From assembly GCF_018350175.1 (NCBI RefSeq), contig NC_058368.1, positions 2,666,001-2,730,000 on the forward strand: a DNA stretch of 64,000 nucleotides. Direction: 5' to 3'. The position numbers and the translations under genes are program-made. This document shows, in pieces, positions 50,400 through 64,000 of the stretch. Under the pieces are notes generated by a model, which made no database searches, was not told the origin of the DNA, and was given only the letters and a program-made list of their open reading frames with translations. The stretch's first letter is position 1. The number at the start of each line of letters is the position of its first letter. The stretch comes from Felis catus. Its lineage: Eukaryota.

Positions 50400-51465
50400 A
50401 TTTTATTCTATTCAACCCATGTTGATTATTCTCTTTTGTATATGTTCTGTCTCTGTGTGCTGCATTCTTGGTAATTCCCTCAGAACTTTTGGTATAATAA
50501 TTTTTCATTAACCTGTGCTCTGTAGTTGGACCTACTGAATTTTATATTTTAGTAACTACAGTTTTTACTTTTGGAAGTTCTAGTTGTTTTCTCTAAGTAT
50601 CACCTATTCTTTTATTATGATTGTAAGATATTCTTTTGTCTTAAATCTATTTAAATATGCCCATATTACAGTGTCTATAAAATTGTTTGATTACATTGTT
50701 CTTGAGATTCTACTCTTCTATTTGCTGTTTGTGTTGACTCTTGCTATTTATGGATTCTTTTTTCATGTTTTGTAGTTTGGGGTTGTGAGCTCATGTTTTG
50801 TGGTTTGGGGCATGAGCTCATCTTCAGCAGGACTCTAGCTGTTTGAATCCTGTCGGAATTGAGGTTGAAGGCTAGTCCCTGGCATACAATTTTGTGACTG
50901 TCTTTGTGAGAGGTCCTGTTGATGGTTTGGGACTAATCTTTATGTTATTGATCGATTGTGGGGTTCCTAGATCGTGCCGTTAATTTAAATCCCAGACAGT
51001 AGTGTTTTGCGGTTTGCAGATTTATAATCTTAGGACTTTTCTTTTTGGTTTTACTTTTCTCCCAGAGCGGAGCCAAGGTGGACAAGAATCCCAGTCCTTG
51101 TCCATCCATTCACTGAGCATGAAGGCCTCTGACAGTCCTAGCTCTCTGTGGCAATTTTGGTTTGAACCGCCCACCTTGAATGGGACCAAGGCCTTGTTGC
51201 CTATTGCGGTGTGGTCATGAAATCCTAAGCCCCGAGGTTATCAGCCCTACATTCCCGGCTCTTGGCCTGTCAGGCACACAAAACCAGCTTGGGAGATTTC
51301 ACTTATCTCTTTTGACTTGGGACCTTGAGTTTTCTCTTTCTTCTTGCAAGCTCACCTGCGATAGGACGGGTTTATTTTTACTATATAATCTATCATTTCT
51401 AGGTACTTGTGGTGAAATCATTTTCAGGTTACCTGTGCCCGCTGTCTGTCTGGAACAAAGATTTT
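50400..51465 (-). mobile_element. Possible very old L1 5'/ORF1 or HAL1-like relic
   Basis: T-rich degenerate sequence resembling antisense L1 ORF1 (ctactgaattttatattttagtaact...ttggaagttctagttg). Confidence 0.35.
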
Positions 51466-54400
51466 GAAGCTCTCTCACACTGTTTTCTTCAGGAGGTTAG
51501 AGGACCCTGCGGACGGACCCCTGGACCATTCACAGCTTTAAGATGGGGTTCTAGGGAGTTTTCAGGACCCTGACTGTTCTGGGGAAACCACTCCAACCTG
51601 CTCACAGAAAGCTTGTCCCATATTGCGCGTCAAAGGTCTTTGGGCCCCAATTTCTCTTTTTGAACTGTAACAACTGAAATCTGGACGTCTCTCTAAAGCC
51701 CTCTTTTCAAGTGGTGAACCCTGTGTATGTTTCTTTTTCTTTCTGTGATCTGCCATTAAGATGTCATTTCCCCTTCACATCTCTTTAGTCTCACATCAGT
51801 TTCTAAAATGTCAACATTTCTTTTAAAGACGCCTCTCCTGTCTTCCTTTATTCCGATTTCATTATTAAAAAAACACTCCCCATCTGATAATAAGACTAAG
51901 CCTGCTTTTCAAGCCAATATAGCTTCCCTTTGATTATCCAAGCGAACAGAATTCTTGGATGCAGAATATTTTAGGCACAGGCATTTTAAAACGCATACCT
52001 AACTTTTAGGTCTGTGGTCATTTTTTTCGAATTGTTTCTTCGCTGCGACTCAAGATCGTGGCATCGTTTCTTTTCTTACTAAATGCTTTCCTCCAGGCAG
52101 TCATTCACAACTATTCATCAGGCACCTGCTGTAGACCAGGCACTTTTCTCGATACTTGGGATATACCTGTGGTATATAAAACAATTTCTTTGTGTCATTA
52201 TAAATAAAACGTGATAATCCTACGGAGGATAAAGCCACAGTTCAGGTCCCTGAAACCTAAAGTCAGCTCCTAATATGATTCACAAAAATTGGCTGTGCCA
52301 GTCTGAGACCTTATAGGTGTGGGGGTGACTTTTGATAGCTGTTGGACAAAACCCCCAAGAAGTCGAACTCAGTCCTTTCCGATTCCTCATTGGATCCTGG
52401 ATTCAGATTATGGGGATGGGGGAAGCACAGCTGTCGAAAACAATTTGAGGTCCAACTTCGTGTCGGGTGCTGTAGGGCCCAAGCAGCTCAAACCTGCAGC
52501 TTAACATAGCTGTGTCTGGCCTCCCAGCCTGCGGATACAGCTGAGAAACAGCACAAGCGACTAATCATTTTTCTGTGTCCCAACGATGAAAGGCCCTTGT
52601 AGAGAAAGAACGTCTTTCTGCCCTAAGAAAATCCGGGCTTCCGCTGCCTTGGCTTGGTAAGGCCTGTGCCAACGCCCCCGGCAACCAGCCTGCTTTCTGA
52701 GACCCCAGTTTGTCCGCGGGCCTGCTAATGCCCCAAGTGGCCAGTGTTTGCCGAATTCCAGCCTGTCGTGAAACCCCTCGAGCCACATGGACCTGCAGAA
52801 TTCAAAATCCCACATGACCTGCGTTTACTGCACCTTGAGCCCCAAAGCGGCCTGCCTTTGTGGTCGCTATACCTTCTGCATATTATTTTGGTTTCTAAAT
52901 GCAAGTCTTGGTCCATTTTTAAAGATTTCCGGTCCACTCAGCCGGATATTGGGAATATAGGGGGCCGATAAGCCTTCCCTCCCTGAGTTTGGATCAAGTG
53001 AGAGAAGGAGGGAAACGGCCGTCAGAGTGGAAGATGGAACGTAGCTCCGTGGGTAAGTGGGCTTACGAATAGCTCACTCCAAATCAGAGTCACCCACTGT
53101 CTCCCTGGTGAAGCTGGAGAAGAGAGGGAGCTTGTCCAGCGCGGGGCCAGGCCAGTGGACAGGCGCCCTGCACGGATCCGAGTCTGTGGGGAGGGGAAGG
53201 GGCCAGCGCTCTGGCTCCAATTCCTTCTAGACTTCCCTCCCCTGGGAGGCAGTGAGTGAAGGGTAGGAAAAAACCACGAATATTATCTTAAGCATAAAGT
53301 TCTCGCATGCAAACGTGAGTTTGTGTGTGTGTTGGGGGCAGATGTTCCCCCTAACGACGACCACTCTTAATAGAGTTTTTCGAATCTAAGTTTCAGCGTT
53401 CGTTTGCCTGTCTCTTTCTACATCCGAACTAGACCCTGTGTGATTCCTGTGTTCCTCAGCGTCCTGTGCTGATCACAGTGACACATGCTGACTGAAGGAA
53501 GGCGATCTCCACTGGTGGAACGGAGGGAAAAATGCACACCTGCCATCTGCTAAAATGATCACGAGGCACGGCTGTTCTAACAGATGAACAACTTCCCCGT
53601 TGTCTTCTCGGAGTGTTTTCCTACCCTCTCGTTGAAGGACGTTGAAAGTGAATTTCAAAAAGACATTACACATCTGTTCGCACATTTCTCATCCCTCCTA
53701 CAGACGAGTAAATTAAAGCCGTAGAAAATGTACACGCGCCGCCTTATAGTGAGACTGACTTCCCACTTAATTCAAGACACTCAGTGACTTAAATGTATCA
53801 AAAAAACCTCCCCCGACCCCATTTCGTCTGGTAACGGTGTGCCCAGCAATCATGAAAGTTTCTTATTTTTTTTCTTCATTTCGAACATTTAAGTAGTGTT
53901 GCAATAACAACATTTATTTTGAGATTTTGAAACACAAGTTCTGGTGGCCGGGATTGTGCAAGGTGAAGTGCGCGTAAGTCTCATGAGACCTCCCAGGTGT
54001 GACTCCCACTAAGAGGCGAAGGGCAGAGAGGCTCTGCCCGTGTCCTCACAGCCAGGAAACAGCAGGGTCCGGATTCCAACCTCCCAGCGGGAGAGTGTCT
54101 GAAGAAAAGCGTGTCCCTGGATGGGAAGCGGGGTTTGCTCCCTGCATAACCTCACCTGAGGGTTCAAAGGAAGCCAACTTCAGTCTGATGTCTGTTTCAA
54201 CAAAATATTTTCTCTCGGTCGTGTTGCATTTTCCTTCGGACTTAGGAAGCGTCAGTGACTGTCTACACGTTTTGAAGGCTGATGTCATGCTGTGTTGGAC
54301 GTAGACTTTGGGCTCTATTGTAGAACTGAAACCGGGGGGTCAGGGGGAGAGTTGAGCTGAAATGTCCCTGGACAGAATACAACACCGGGAGAACAATAGA

Positions 54401-55492
54401 ACTCTTCAATGACGTCATGGCGAATACTGTAATAATTCCTGGTGGATGCGATGTCTTTTTGTACATTTTGTTTCTAAGTACTCCGTGTTCTAGTTCAGCT
54501 TTATCGAAATCAGAGCCTCTCCTCTTGAAAGTCTCTGTCTGGAGAAACTTCCACTTTAGGAGAATAAAAAACAAATTCACTTTCTTCTTTTCCGAGAGTT
54601 CCAGCCTTCCCTGACCTCTGACATACACTGTGGACAGCAGAGATTTACGTGCGTTCTTCACAGCATATTAATTTATTCCAAAAATAATTCGTGGCACTGC
54701 TATCCAGGGCTGTGCTCCCCAATTGTCCAATATTCACTGTGTTATGTTTATCATTTTAACACGATTGGATTAAGTAGAACTCCTAATTCTGTTTGTTCCA
54801 TATTCATTTGGATCTACGTTTCTCCCGGTTACAAATCAAAGGGCAGACTTTGACTTTTCTCTTTCTTTTGCTAATTAAATAACTTATTGAAGTACAATTT
54901 GAAAACACCACCGAGGAGCTTTGTGTTACTAAATCAGCCAAGCCAAACGGCTAAAACCCTGTTAGATGAGGCTCCGTTCAAATCAAACACCACTCTGCCT
55001 GGGCCCGGATCATAAGATTAGCTGTACGAAATCATGCTAGGTGAAAATGGTAGAAAATTATACGTTACGGGGCAATTGGACAAAGAGGCTATCTCTGAAC
55101 ACTGGGCTGATAAGATTTCAAAACTATGGGAAGGTTTCTCTGCCTCACTTACGAATAATAATAAAAGTGATGATTTCAGAGGTTTTGTAAGTTTGCAATA
55201 ACCTGCTTACAAATGAGAGTTGACTGGCTGTGTTATCATTACTGTTTCCTGACAGACAGTTTATGGAAGGTGGTTTTATGATACATTCCTGAAAAACCTC
55301 CAGGTTTCAAATATGCAGTATAAACGTCCTCATGAAAACTGCAGCACTTACCCATTTTATAAATAGTACCACACCTACCTCAGATTAAATAAGATTTCCA
55401 CATCCGAGTGCGGTCAGATAGCAATGAAAGGTGGACGCCGAAAAGCAGCTAACACGTCTGTACCTCAAGGGTCTGATCCAGTTTGTTTAAGT

Positions 55493-55855
55493 TGGAAGTC
55501 CTCACACTTTCTAGTTTCAGGATTCCTTTATGCTCTTAAAAAATTATAGAGGACCCCAGAGAGCCTTTGTTTACGTGAGTTATACCTGTCAACGTTTGCC
55601 ATTTGACAAATTGAAAGCGAGAAAAATTTAAACCCCAAGAACCTATACAAGGACGCGCCCTGTCAGCCATCAGAAGGGAGGCACCAGCGTGTGCCGTGTG
55701 GCCTCTGGAAAACTCTACTGTACTTTGCGGGAGAAGGAGAGACAGAAAACCAAATGATGCTTTGCGATCGCCGTGAGGACAGCTGGCTCTCCCAGATCCC
55801 CTGAAAGGACGTCAGGGACCCGAGGGGTCCCCAGATCACGCTTCAAGGGCCGCCG
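55493..55855 (-). mobile_element. hAT-Charlie non-autonomous element (MER119/Chap1-like)
   Basis: ctcttaaaaaattatagaggaccccagagagc..., gcctctggaaaactctactgtac, cccctgaaagg...gggacccgaggggtcc. Confidence 0.75.
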
Positions 55856-57689
55856 GGTTCAACGATTTGATGTTATTACTCAACATTTACGAGCACCTCG
55901 TAGGAACTTAGTAGGTTCCTACTAAGGAAGTTGTCAAGTAGACGACGAATCACTTGAAAACATAGTTTCTGACCACGGCGCTTGAAGTCAGCCCAATCGA
56001 TTCGATGCCTATTCTCTTTCCCAGCGGTGAGATCCTCGGCCAGTCCGAAGCAGCATCGTGCCCAGCACACGACAGGTACGCAGCGAGGGAGAGCTGGGGT
56101 AGAAGGAAAGCAGTGGAGCCCAGCCCCCACCTCCGTGCAGGCAGGGCTCTCCCCCCCCCCCCAAGAAGCTGTACTGATTACCGTGGTCTGAAACAGAAGA
56201 ATTCTCCCCGGAGAGGGTGGCTGGAAGAAAGAAATAGAAGCTACATTTCAACCTCCCTCTCATCCCCTGCCTGACTTTCCTCCTATAGCTTGTTTATCTT
56301 TGAGAGCTTTGATCTGAAATGAGGAACTCCTTGCACTTGCAAAGCCCAGGCTCCTTCGGTTCACTGTATTCATGCTCCCTGTGTTGTTTTGTGAGATGAA
56401 ATTTTGCTGCTCTCGGTACAGGAGGAAAACGTCTCCTTTTTCTTCCCCTGACTCCACCCGTTATTCTTCCCTCCTATTTCCCAGACCCATTCCAGCTCAG
56501 ACCTCTTCCGGCAACTTGCCTTGCGCAAAATCATCCTGGACCGTGGGGCCAGTGTTTGATAATGAATCTTTTCTAGAAGTTACAGCTTATCCTTGGTCAT
56601 TTGCTGTCAGCATCCCCCCCGAGCCCAGGGAGAAATGGACAATGGCTCCTTTGTCTGGGATCCCCTTCAGGGCTGTGGAAGGGAACGTTGCAGGTTGAAT
56701 CCTGGTTGAAGCTGTCTCTGAAGAGGGTGGCGGGCAAGGGCTGGCCCGGGGCCAAGGCCAGGCTGCTCTCCCTGCTGGGTAAGAAGACAGGCTTATCGTG
56801 TGGGAACGTGACCGCGAGGGCCCCTCTGAGGCTCCACAGCAGATGATCTGACGATGCTTCTCCTGCCGTGATCTTGCATGACACTTGCTGGGCTTTTCTG
56901 GAACCAGTAGGAGAATCTCACTCCTTCTCGACCCTTAGATTATGAATTCTCGCCTCTACCGATTCCCTTGTTTTGTGCCAGCGATTATTGATTGAGCACC
57001 TGCTTTGCGGTGGGCACCGTGCTGACCCCCGGGGGTGAGTGAGAGGAAGTGTTGGGTGTCCCTGTTTTCTGGCTCTGGTCTGGTGTAGGAGAGACAGTCC
57101 TGCCGGCCCCAGGCATGGGAATTTAGGAAGGTGAGCCTGTTTTACTTCCTCTGGGGAGTAAGATAATCATGTCAGCTTTGGACGTAGTTGAAGATGTGTC
57201 ATGGCGGTAAGATAGCTATCTCAGTGAAAACTTTGCAGTCAGCTTCCCGTAAGTAGTCACTGAAACTCCGGATGGCAGGAAAGTGGGGTGTGTGAGCCAA
57301 CTCTGGACTCACCCAAGCTTGGATATTCATACCTCGCCTGCCGTTTACAAGCTGAGTGATATTGGGTAGAATGCCTAACATGCTGGGGCTTCAGTGTCCT
57401 CCTGTAGAAGATCAGGGGTATAAACCAAGAAACCAAAATGGCAGGTGCCTGTGTTCTAGCCTTTGGTAGTCATGCTGGGGGAGCAGTTCTCAGGACCCTG
57501 TTTGTGGGTTCAGTATTTTAGTTCGGAAAGCACGGATGGACATTAGTCACGCTTGGCCTCCACCGGACAAGTGGCGGCGCCTTTGATCGGAGAGTGACAG
57601 CGGACACAAGTCTTGGTCGGAGAGACGACAGCGAGGTGCGGAGAGGAGGGAAGTGGTTTGCTCAGGAGCACCCAGGGCTCCGAGGCAGG

Positions 57690-57965
57690 TCCAAGATGGA
57701 ATCTGCGGCTGTAATCCCAGGGCCACGTTTCCAACTCAGACAGGCTTGGGTTTGAATCCCCCCACCTCAGCCACTCACCTGCTGCATAAACTTGGCCGAG
57801 TTGCTTACACTTTCTGTGCCTCAATTTATCATCTATAAAAGTGAGGAAAATAATATTACCTCTCTCATGGATTAATGTGGGAATTCAATGAGGTAATAAA
57901 TGTTAAGTACTTAGCAGAGTGTCTGGCAAATATTAAGCGCTCAATAAATGACAACTATGATTATC
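57690..57965 (+). mobile_element. MIR (well preserved)
   Basis: cagacaggcttgggtttgaatccc...ctgtgcctcaatttatcatctataaaagtg...cttagcagagtgtctggca...gcgctcaataaatg. Confidence 0.9.
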
Positions 57966-58444
57966 CCTTGGATCACATTGCCTCTCAAACACACCCTGTA
58001 AAGCGCAGCGAGTTACTTTGAAACTGAATACCGAAATCAGTCATTTCCTCAAACGGAAGGTAACACGGACGGTGTGCAGAAAGCATGCTGTGGACCTTCA
58101 CCGGCCTCTTCTTTGGGAAGAATGGGAGTTCTTCCTGACATACGGGATCCCTGTTGGTCTCAGGGAGAAAACTGGCTGTGTCCAGAGAAGAATGCAATGC
58201 TCCTTAACATTTGTAAATCTCCTTGGACCTGGTGACCATGGATTATGCTCGTCTCTCAACCCTGAAAATGCTCCTTGCTAACCCTGCCTGAGATTAACAA
58301 GCCCTCGTAAGTTGTATCAGCAAGCACTTCTTGATTTGGAAAGGTCACAGACGGGACCTCATCCCAGCGTTTCAAGTGCTTGGAAGATTTTTTTGGAGGG
58401 ACGAGGTTTGTACTTTGTTAACCCTAAGGTGTTGCCATCTGTTT

Positions 58445-58995
58445 TTAAACTTCAAGTTTTTATTTATGTTCTAGTTAGCTAACATGCATGATATAAGTTG
58501 GTTTCAAGTGTAGAGAATCTGGTGGTTCACCACTTACATACAACACCCAGAGCTCATCACAGCCGGTGTCCTCCTTCATGGCCCATCGCCCAGTTAGCCC
58601 ATCCCCTCACCCACCTCCCGTGTAGCAACCCTCAATTTGTTCTCTATAGTTAGGGGTCTCTTATGGTTTGCCTCCTCCTCTCTATTTTCTTCCTTCCTTG
58701 TGTTCATCTGTTTGTTTCTTACATTCCATATATGAAGGAAAGGTTTTTGTCTTTCTCTGTCTTATTTCACTTAGCGCTATACACTTTAGCTCCCTCCACG
58801 TTGTTGCAAATGACAAGATTTCATTCTTTTTCATGGTCGTGTAATATTCCATTATATACAAACCACATCTTCTGTATCCATTCATCAGTTGATGGACACT
58901 GGGCTCTTTCCATTCTTTGGCTATTGTTGATAGTGCTGCTGTAAACATTGGGGTGCATGTGCCCCTTCGAATCAGCATTTTTGTGTCCCTAGGGT
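58445..58995 (-). mobile_element. 5'-truncated carnivore L1 3' end
   Basis: Peptide RRGTCTPMFTAALSTIAK...MEYYTTMKKNEIL plus 3' UTR. Confidence 0.92.
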
Positions 58996-61789
58996 GTTGG
59001 CATCTTCCTGCCTTTTGGGTTCAGTAGTGGAGTTGCAGCTGTCTTCCTGAGCTGTCTGCTGTGGTGGCTGGGGTTTGGGTGGCTCAGTTATGGTGACCCT
59101 GTTGGCCTGTGTAGGCCCTCCCTCCCCTACACCCTCCAGTTGCCCTGCACAGGAGAGCTTTTTTGGTCTTAACCCACCTGTCCTTCGAGGGGGTGAACTG
59201 TCACTGATGTGGAAAAAAGTCGAGTTGGAATCTGATGCATAATCTCTTATATAAATGAAATATGATGCACTGAAGAAAAAATTCCAGAAAGTGGACAGTC
59301 CTTCTAGAAAGAGGACAGGTGCAGATGGCCACCTGCAATCCCTGGGCCATGGATAAGTGCCCAGTGGGGTGCTCTCCGTGCTGACCTCTTCTCTAGGGTG
59401 CGCCTGCTCTTTGTGTCTGATCTTCAGATGTGCTCTGGTTATCATAGATACATAACCTCGAATAATCACTGTGTTTGCTTCCTCACATTGTGCCTGCCTG
59501 GCCCATGTCCACAGAGGCCAGATCTTTGAACATCTGGCTCTTGGTTCTGAACATTAAGGGAGATTGTGCCAGGGCCAAACTTTCTGGTGGCCACAGTGTT
59601 AGAAGCAGCTCCAGACATCTCTGTTTCTTCTTGTAGAAAGTCACCACAATGGCCCTCCTGTTTGTGATGGCAACCAAAGACAACTTGTGTGTGTGTGTGT
59701 GTGTGAGCAACAAAGTACTTTTTTGCACGCATATAATTATTGGTGTCACAAAACTTCATACACAGAAATCATTATAAGAAAACATAGCAGACACAGAATT
59801 AAGCCAGTCCGGTTAGGGAAGACTCCTCCTGCCTGGTCCTAGAACCACAGCCCAGGCCATCTGAGTCCTTCTCCTCACGTGTGCTAAGCTCTGCAGGCTT
59901 CCAGCATCATCTACATTCCTGGCTCAGCTTGAGCCCTGCTCCCCGGCGTCTGGGATTCCTTAGGATTCTCCTCTTTTCTGAAGGAGCTACGGCAGCACCT
60001 TGTGCTTTAGGAGGTGGCAGCCGTGATCTGGCACGTGGATCCATCCTCGACAGAGCCCGCGAGGTGCAGGGGACCACAGGTGAGGACTCTGGACACCGGT
60101 GGCAGGTGGGGGGTGTGCGGCACCATGAGCCTTACCGTTGGCTCAGGTAACCTAGGTGCTGTCGGCAGCCCTGTCTTTCCTGCTTTCTGACTTTTCAGGT
60201 AGATGATCATTTATACAGTTCTCGCCTTTTGCTTATATCGCTCTTCGTTATAAATGAAACACGTGTTATTCCTCGCTCATCATCCACCGTTCCTTCTCCA
60301 CGCTGGTACCATAAGAGCACAGCATAAAGGGGACTGAGCACCTGGACAGGATCTGAAGGCCAAGCACCTGTCCACCGGGGCCCATCCACCAGCGCAGGCA
60401 TCCTCGTTCTGCTGTCCCCAGGGGGTCTGAACCAAGCTCTATTAGATAAAGGTGCTGTCTTCACGTGGCCTCAAAAGGAATTGCATTTCCCAGCATGCTT
60501 TCCATCCGGTCATTTGTAAGTATGCTTTGTTGGCCTTCCTGAGCAATTGTCTCTATCTGAGTCTCCCAGTTATGCCTTGATTAATCACCCGGGACCTTCC
60601 CTACCTCTGGATCGGCTCCGGTGCCGTGGTTTGCAAGGAGTGATAAATACCAACTCTTGAATCTGGCTAGCCTAAAGGAAGGCTGAAGATACCTTATCGT
60701 GGACACAAGGTAGCCTGGCAGACACGTCTTAATTGCGGAGATCTTACGTTTCTGAAGAGAACATTTCTCCTACTTCCATGCATGTGTTGGTGTTTCTTTA
60801 CCTGAAACTGAGCTTTGTCCCATATTAGGCCACACGACCCCAAACTATGGGAATGTTGTTTCCCTTGTGGCTTGTGAGGGACTGGGCATGTGAAGGGCTT
60901 GGCAGAGGGGCTTTGGGGTGTCTGCTGCCCGGTGGGTTTTCCAGGCGGAAAGCCTCTGTGGGGGGGAAACAAAGGCAACTCTGAACAGCAGCTCCGAGAT
61001 GGGCTTATTACAGGGAGATGCTCAGTCCTGTGCGAGGGAATTTAATATCCAGGCTTTCTCTCACGGAAATGAAGGGATGTGAAGTGATGGGTCTTAACAA
61101 AAGGACGCCGAGGACACCACACTCAGCACCTATTGATGAACAAAGCTGAATTTTAGATTCTACAGATAAGTGATTGTGCCTGAAAAGGAGGATCGTGGCT
61201 GTGGAGGGGACTCAACTGGCAGGGCATCGTTGTGTTAGAAGCACTGCCAAAGGGCACCCACACTGGCGACCTTGCAGGGGGGTGGCTGCAGACGGAGGTG
61301 AGTTTCTGTGCCAGACCATGCACTGCCGAGCGCTCCCACCCTCAGCAGTTGGCTGCTCTCGACTTGTTCTGTGACGTGTTCCCTTTTCTTCGAGATGCAG
61401 CTTTTGTGTGGTGCCATGTGGCGGTTATAAAACGGGACAGATTTCTGACGATGTTTCGCAGAACGATTCAAACAACTTACATACACAGAGTAGGATTTTT
61501 ATCCCCTGCTGGGAGAAAAGGAATGCAGTGGAGTCAGGAAAAGAGAAGAAGGGGGTAGAGGCGAAGGGAAGATGAGCGGGGGGTTGTGGGCTGCTAAGTG
61601 GGTCCAGGGGAAGAATGTGGAAGGAGTAAGTACACTTTGGCATACACGCATTATCTGGATTTGCTTAATGCTGACCAGTGCATTTTTATAAAAGGGATGT
61701 GGGAAACATCTCCTGGCCTATGGTCCAGTTGGGGCTGGTAATGTTCTTTTTTCTCTCGGACATTAAACACTGCACTAACCTTCTTACAT

Positions 61790-61975
61790 GGACAGACTTG
61801 AGCTTGAGTCCTGGCTAAGGGTTTAATTACTGCCAATTTCTGAGTCAGATTCCTCATCCACAAAATGAGGGTGGTAACAGTAACTTACCTTACAGGGTCA
61901 CCGTTGGGGTTGAAAGATAATGTAGGTGGGCAGTCAGCACTGTGTGGAGCATTTAATCATCTTTCAATAAGTAGT
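61790..61975 (+). mobile_element. MIR relic
   Basis: ctgagtcagattcctcatccacaaaatgagggtggtaacagtaacttacct. Confidence 0.7.
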
Positions 61976-64000
61976 AGTCACCAGTGGGGTTGGGTAAGTC
62001 CAATGGTAAATTGGAGGTCATCTGACGGACTGGTCAGGGCTGGGGGGCACAATGGGGCTGTCGATTTCATAGGATGGAATGGGCTCATTTCTATATATGT
62101 TGAATTTGGGGCATCCACGTACCTTCTTGTGGGGCATAGAAATCAAAAGTGAAGACAAAGCAAACAAAGTCTTGGAAACAAGGCTCGTAGTCAACTGTCG
62201 ATAAAGGCTCCCATTTATTCCATAGCTCAAGTCCATCCACCTCCTCACAATTGCCTGCTCCACCTTGGTCACGGCTCAGCCCTGCTCACATGACGTCAAG
62301 GCTGTAGTCCTAACACTTGCGTGGCACCACTCTGTCCAAATATAAGGTTCAGGAGTATACTGAAGATATGCTAGCTGGTGAACATCGCTGTGTTGTAAGA
62401 TCAGTGACGTCAGATGTGTGCGTGCAGCACAAGGATGAGAGGAAAGCAACCTAGATTCTATTCCCCACCACAGACCTGTGCCCCTTTGGGTGTCTCATTT
62501 AACTTCTGGCGACCTTGGTCTGTTTCTTCGTAAGATAAAGGCTTTGACTGGACGGTTCCTCAAAATCCTCTCACGACCTACCCTTTCATTTTACAGTTCA
62601 TTAGCATTAGGCCATCCAACCCTGGGTTCCTTCTCCGATTCATTTATCTGCTCAGGACACCCTTTTGAGCACCTGCCATGTGCCCATATGGGCTACCACC
62701 TCGTATACAGACACAAGAAAACCAATTCTGCCCAGCTGGGTATGAGTAAGTAAACACCAATTGGCCCACCACGTGCGACTCTAGAGGAGAGGTTTGCAAA
62801 TTGTTCGAGGAGCTCAGACGAAAGGGCTCTCAGCCCTGCCCTTCCCTTTTTCCTCGCTCATGTGGCTGTGCCAGGGACGCAGCAGACCTGCTTAGGAGCT
62901 ATCTACTCCCTTGGTCCGTGAATGTCAGACACCGTCACCTGCAGCTGTGTTCCTCTTACACCTGAAAGCGACATCTAACGACTTCTAGGAACAGTCGCTG
63001 AGATGACACAGCCACTTTTGAGGTCACTAAACGAGGTCTTCTCAAATTAGCTGGTTGTTGGTAGCTAAGTCTTGTACAAACAACAATACGTCTGTTAGAG
63101 CTGCTCGCTTTCCTGGGCGACCGGAGGGCCGTGCACATGTCTCCCTTTGATGGAAATATGGTATTGCATTTACCTGTCCCTGTGGTGCAGTATGACTGTG
63201 TTTATACAACAGTAATACAAAAACGCTAAGAGGAGAGTAGCACTCCGTTCTTGGATCCCTTTCAGTCAGTAAATAGAGGCCAGATTTTGGCTCAAACACT
63301 TTTAATATGGTACCATTGTAGGGTTGGAACATTATTTCTGCTTATTCTAATTTGTTCATGGTAATATGTAAAAGCAATACAAGTGCCTCAGATTTTCAGG
63401 TTTATGAATACAAGAGCACAGATATTCCACATGAGAACATGCCCAGTATTCTTTTATGGGATGGAAGGGGGTCCCTTTGCCCACATATATTAAAGTGTGC
63501 ACCTGCCTTCAATAAGCCCGAATCAGCGTGTGTAAGTGAACCGCGTGCCAAATTTGCCTTGTAAATCAATAATAAAAAGAGCAGACGTGTTTCTGGGTAA
63601 AGGGAAAAAGTGAAGAGGTTCTGTTAAGATTCGTGAGCTGGAAACGATCAGACAAGCCAATGAAATAGTAGGAAAGACTGCGTATAATTGTAGTCATCTT
63701 CAGATTTTAGTATTTCAAAAACATAAACACGGCCATCGGAGGAGGATTTGCTCAATGCTCCAGCCTTGTTAGGAGCTATGATGGCACACGGTATCATACC
63801 ATTCGAAACAGCAAAGCCTGCTCCTTCTGTCGTCATGGAAAAGAGAGGACAGGTGTGGCGAATCAACCCTCCCCGTCAGATAATCCGTTGAAAGCTGGTC
63901 AAGAAAACCGATCGTGTTCTGTGGATGACTCCCGTGACCCGGATCTCGGCGGCCTCACTCAGAGTCCCGCTGGGGAGAAGGGATCTCCAGGGAGTATGAT

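Noticed and set aside
58972..59469. 165-aa minus-strand ORF
   Set aside because: No recognisable homology or splice context; compatible with a chance ORF in GC-richer DNA
60170..60205. Strong acceptor-like ctttcctgctttctgacttttcag|gtagat
   Set aside because: No convincing downstream exon or donor; such motifs are expected by chance in 64 kb

Overview
Mammalian nuclear DNA from a feliform carnivore, most likely a felid, judged from 19 tRNA-derived CAN-SINEs of the SINEC_Fc type and carnivore-type L1s. I found no intact protein-coding gene, RNA gene or CRISPR array. The window reads as part of a very long intron or a gene-poor region. It contains a near full-length but inactivated L1 (about 25.55-32.33 kb, + strand) with a short younger L1 3' end nested in ORF2. 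Also present are an older internally deleted L1 (about 12.9-18.2 kb, - strand), several L1 fragments, a Tigger1 fossil, an MLT1A LTR, MER5/hAT, MIR and L2 relics, and microsatellites. Most retroelements are on the - strand, which weakly suggests a + strand host transcript. The most interesting non-repeat signal is a strong splice acceptor at 35858-35859 followed by sequence open in two overlapping frames, a candidate alternative terminal exon. From memory it may lie in FTO intron 8, but I cannot verify that. Smaller signals are tandem perfect palindromes (22.7 kb), recursive-splice or microexon-like motifs, closely spaced inverted SINE pairs and a pair of full CRE sites. I found no convincing new biological system. 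Repeat family names come from visual recall of consensus sequences, and boundaries are approximate.
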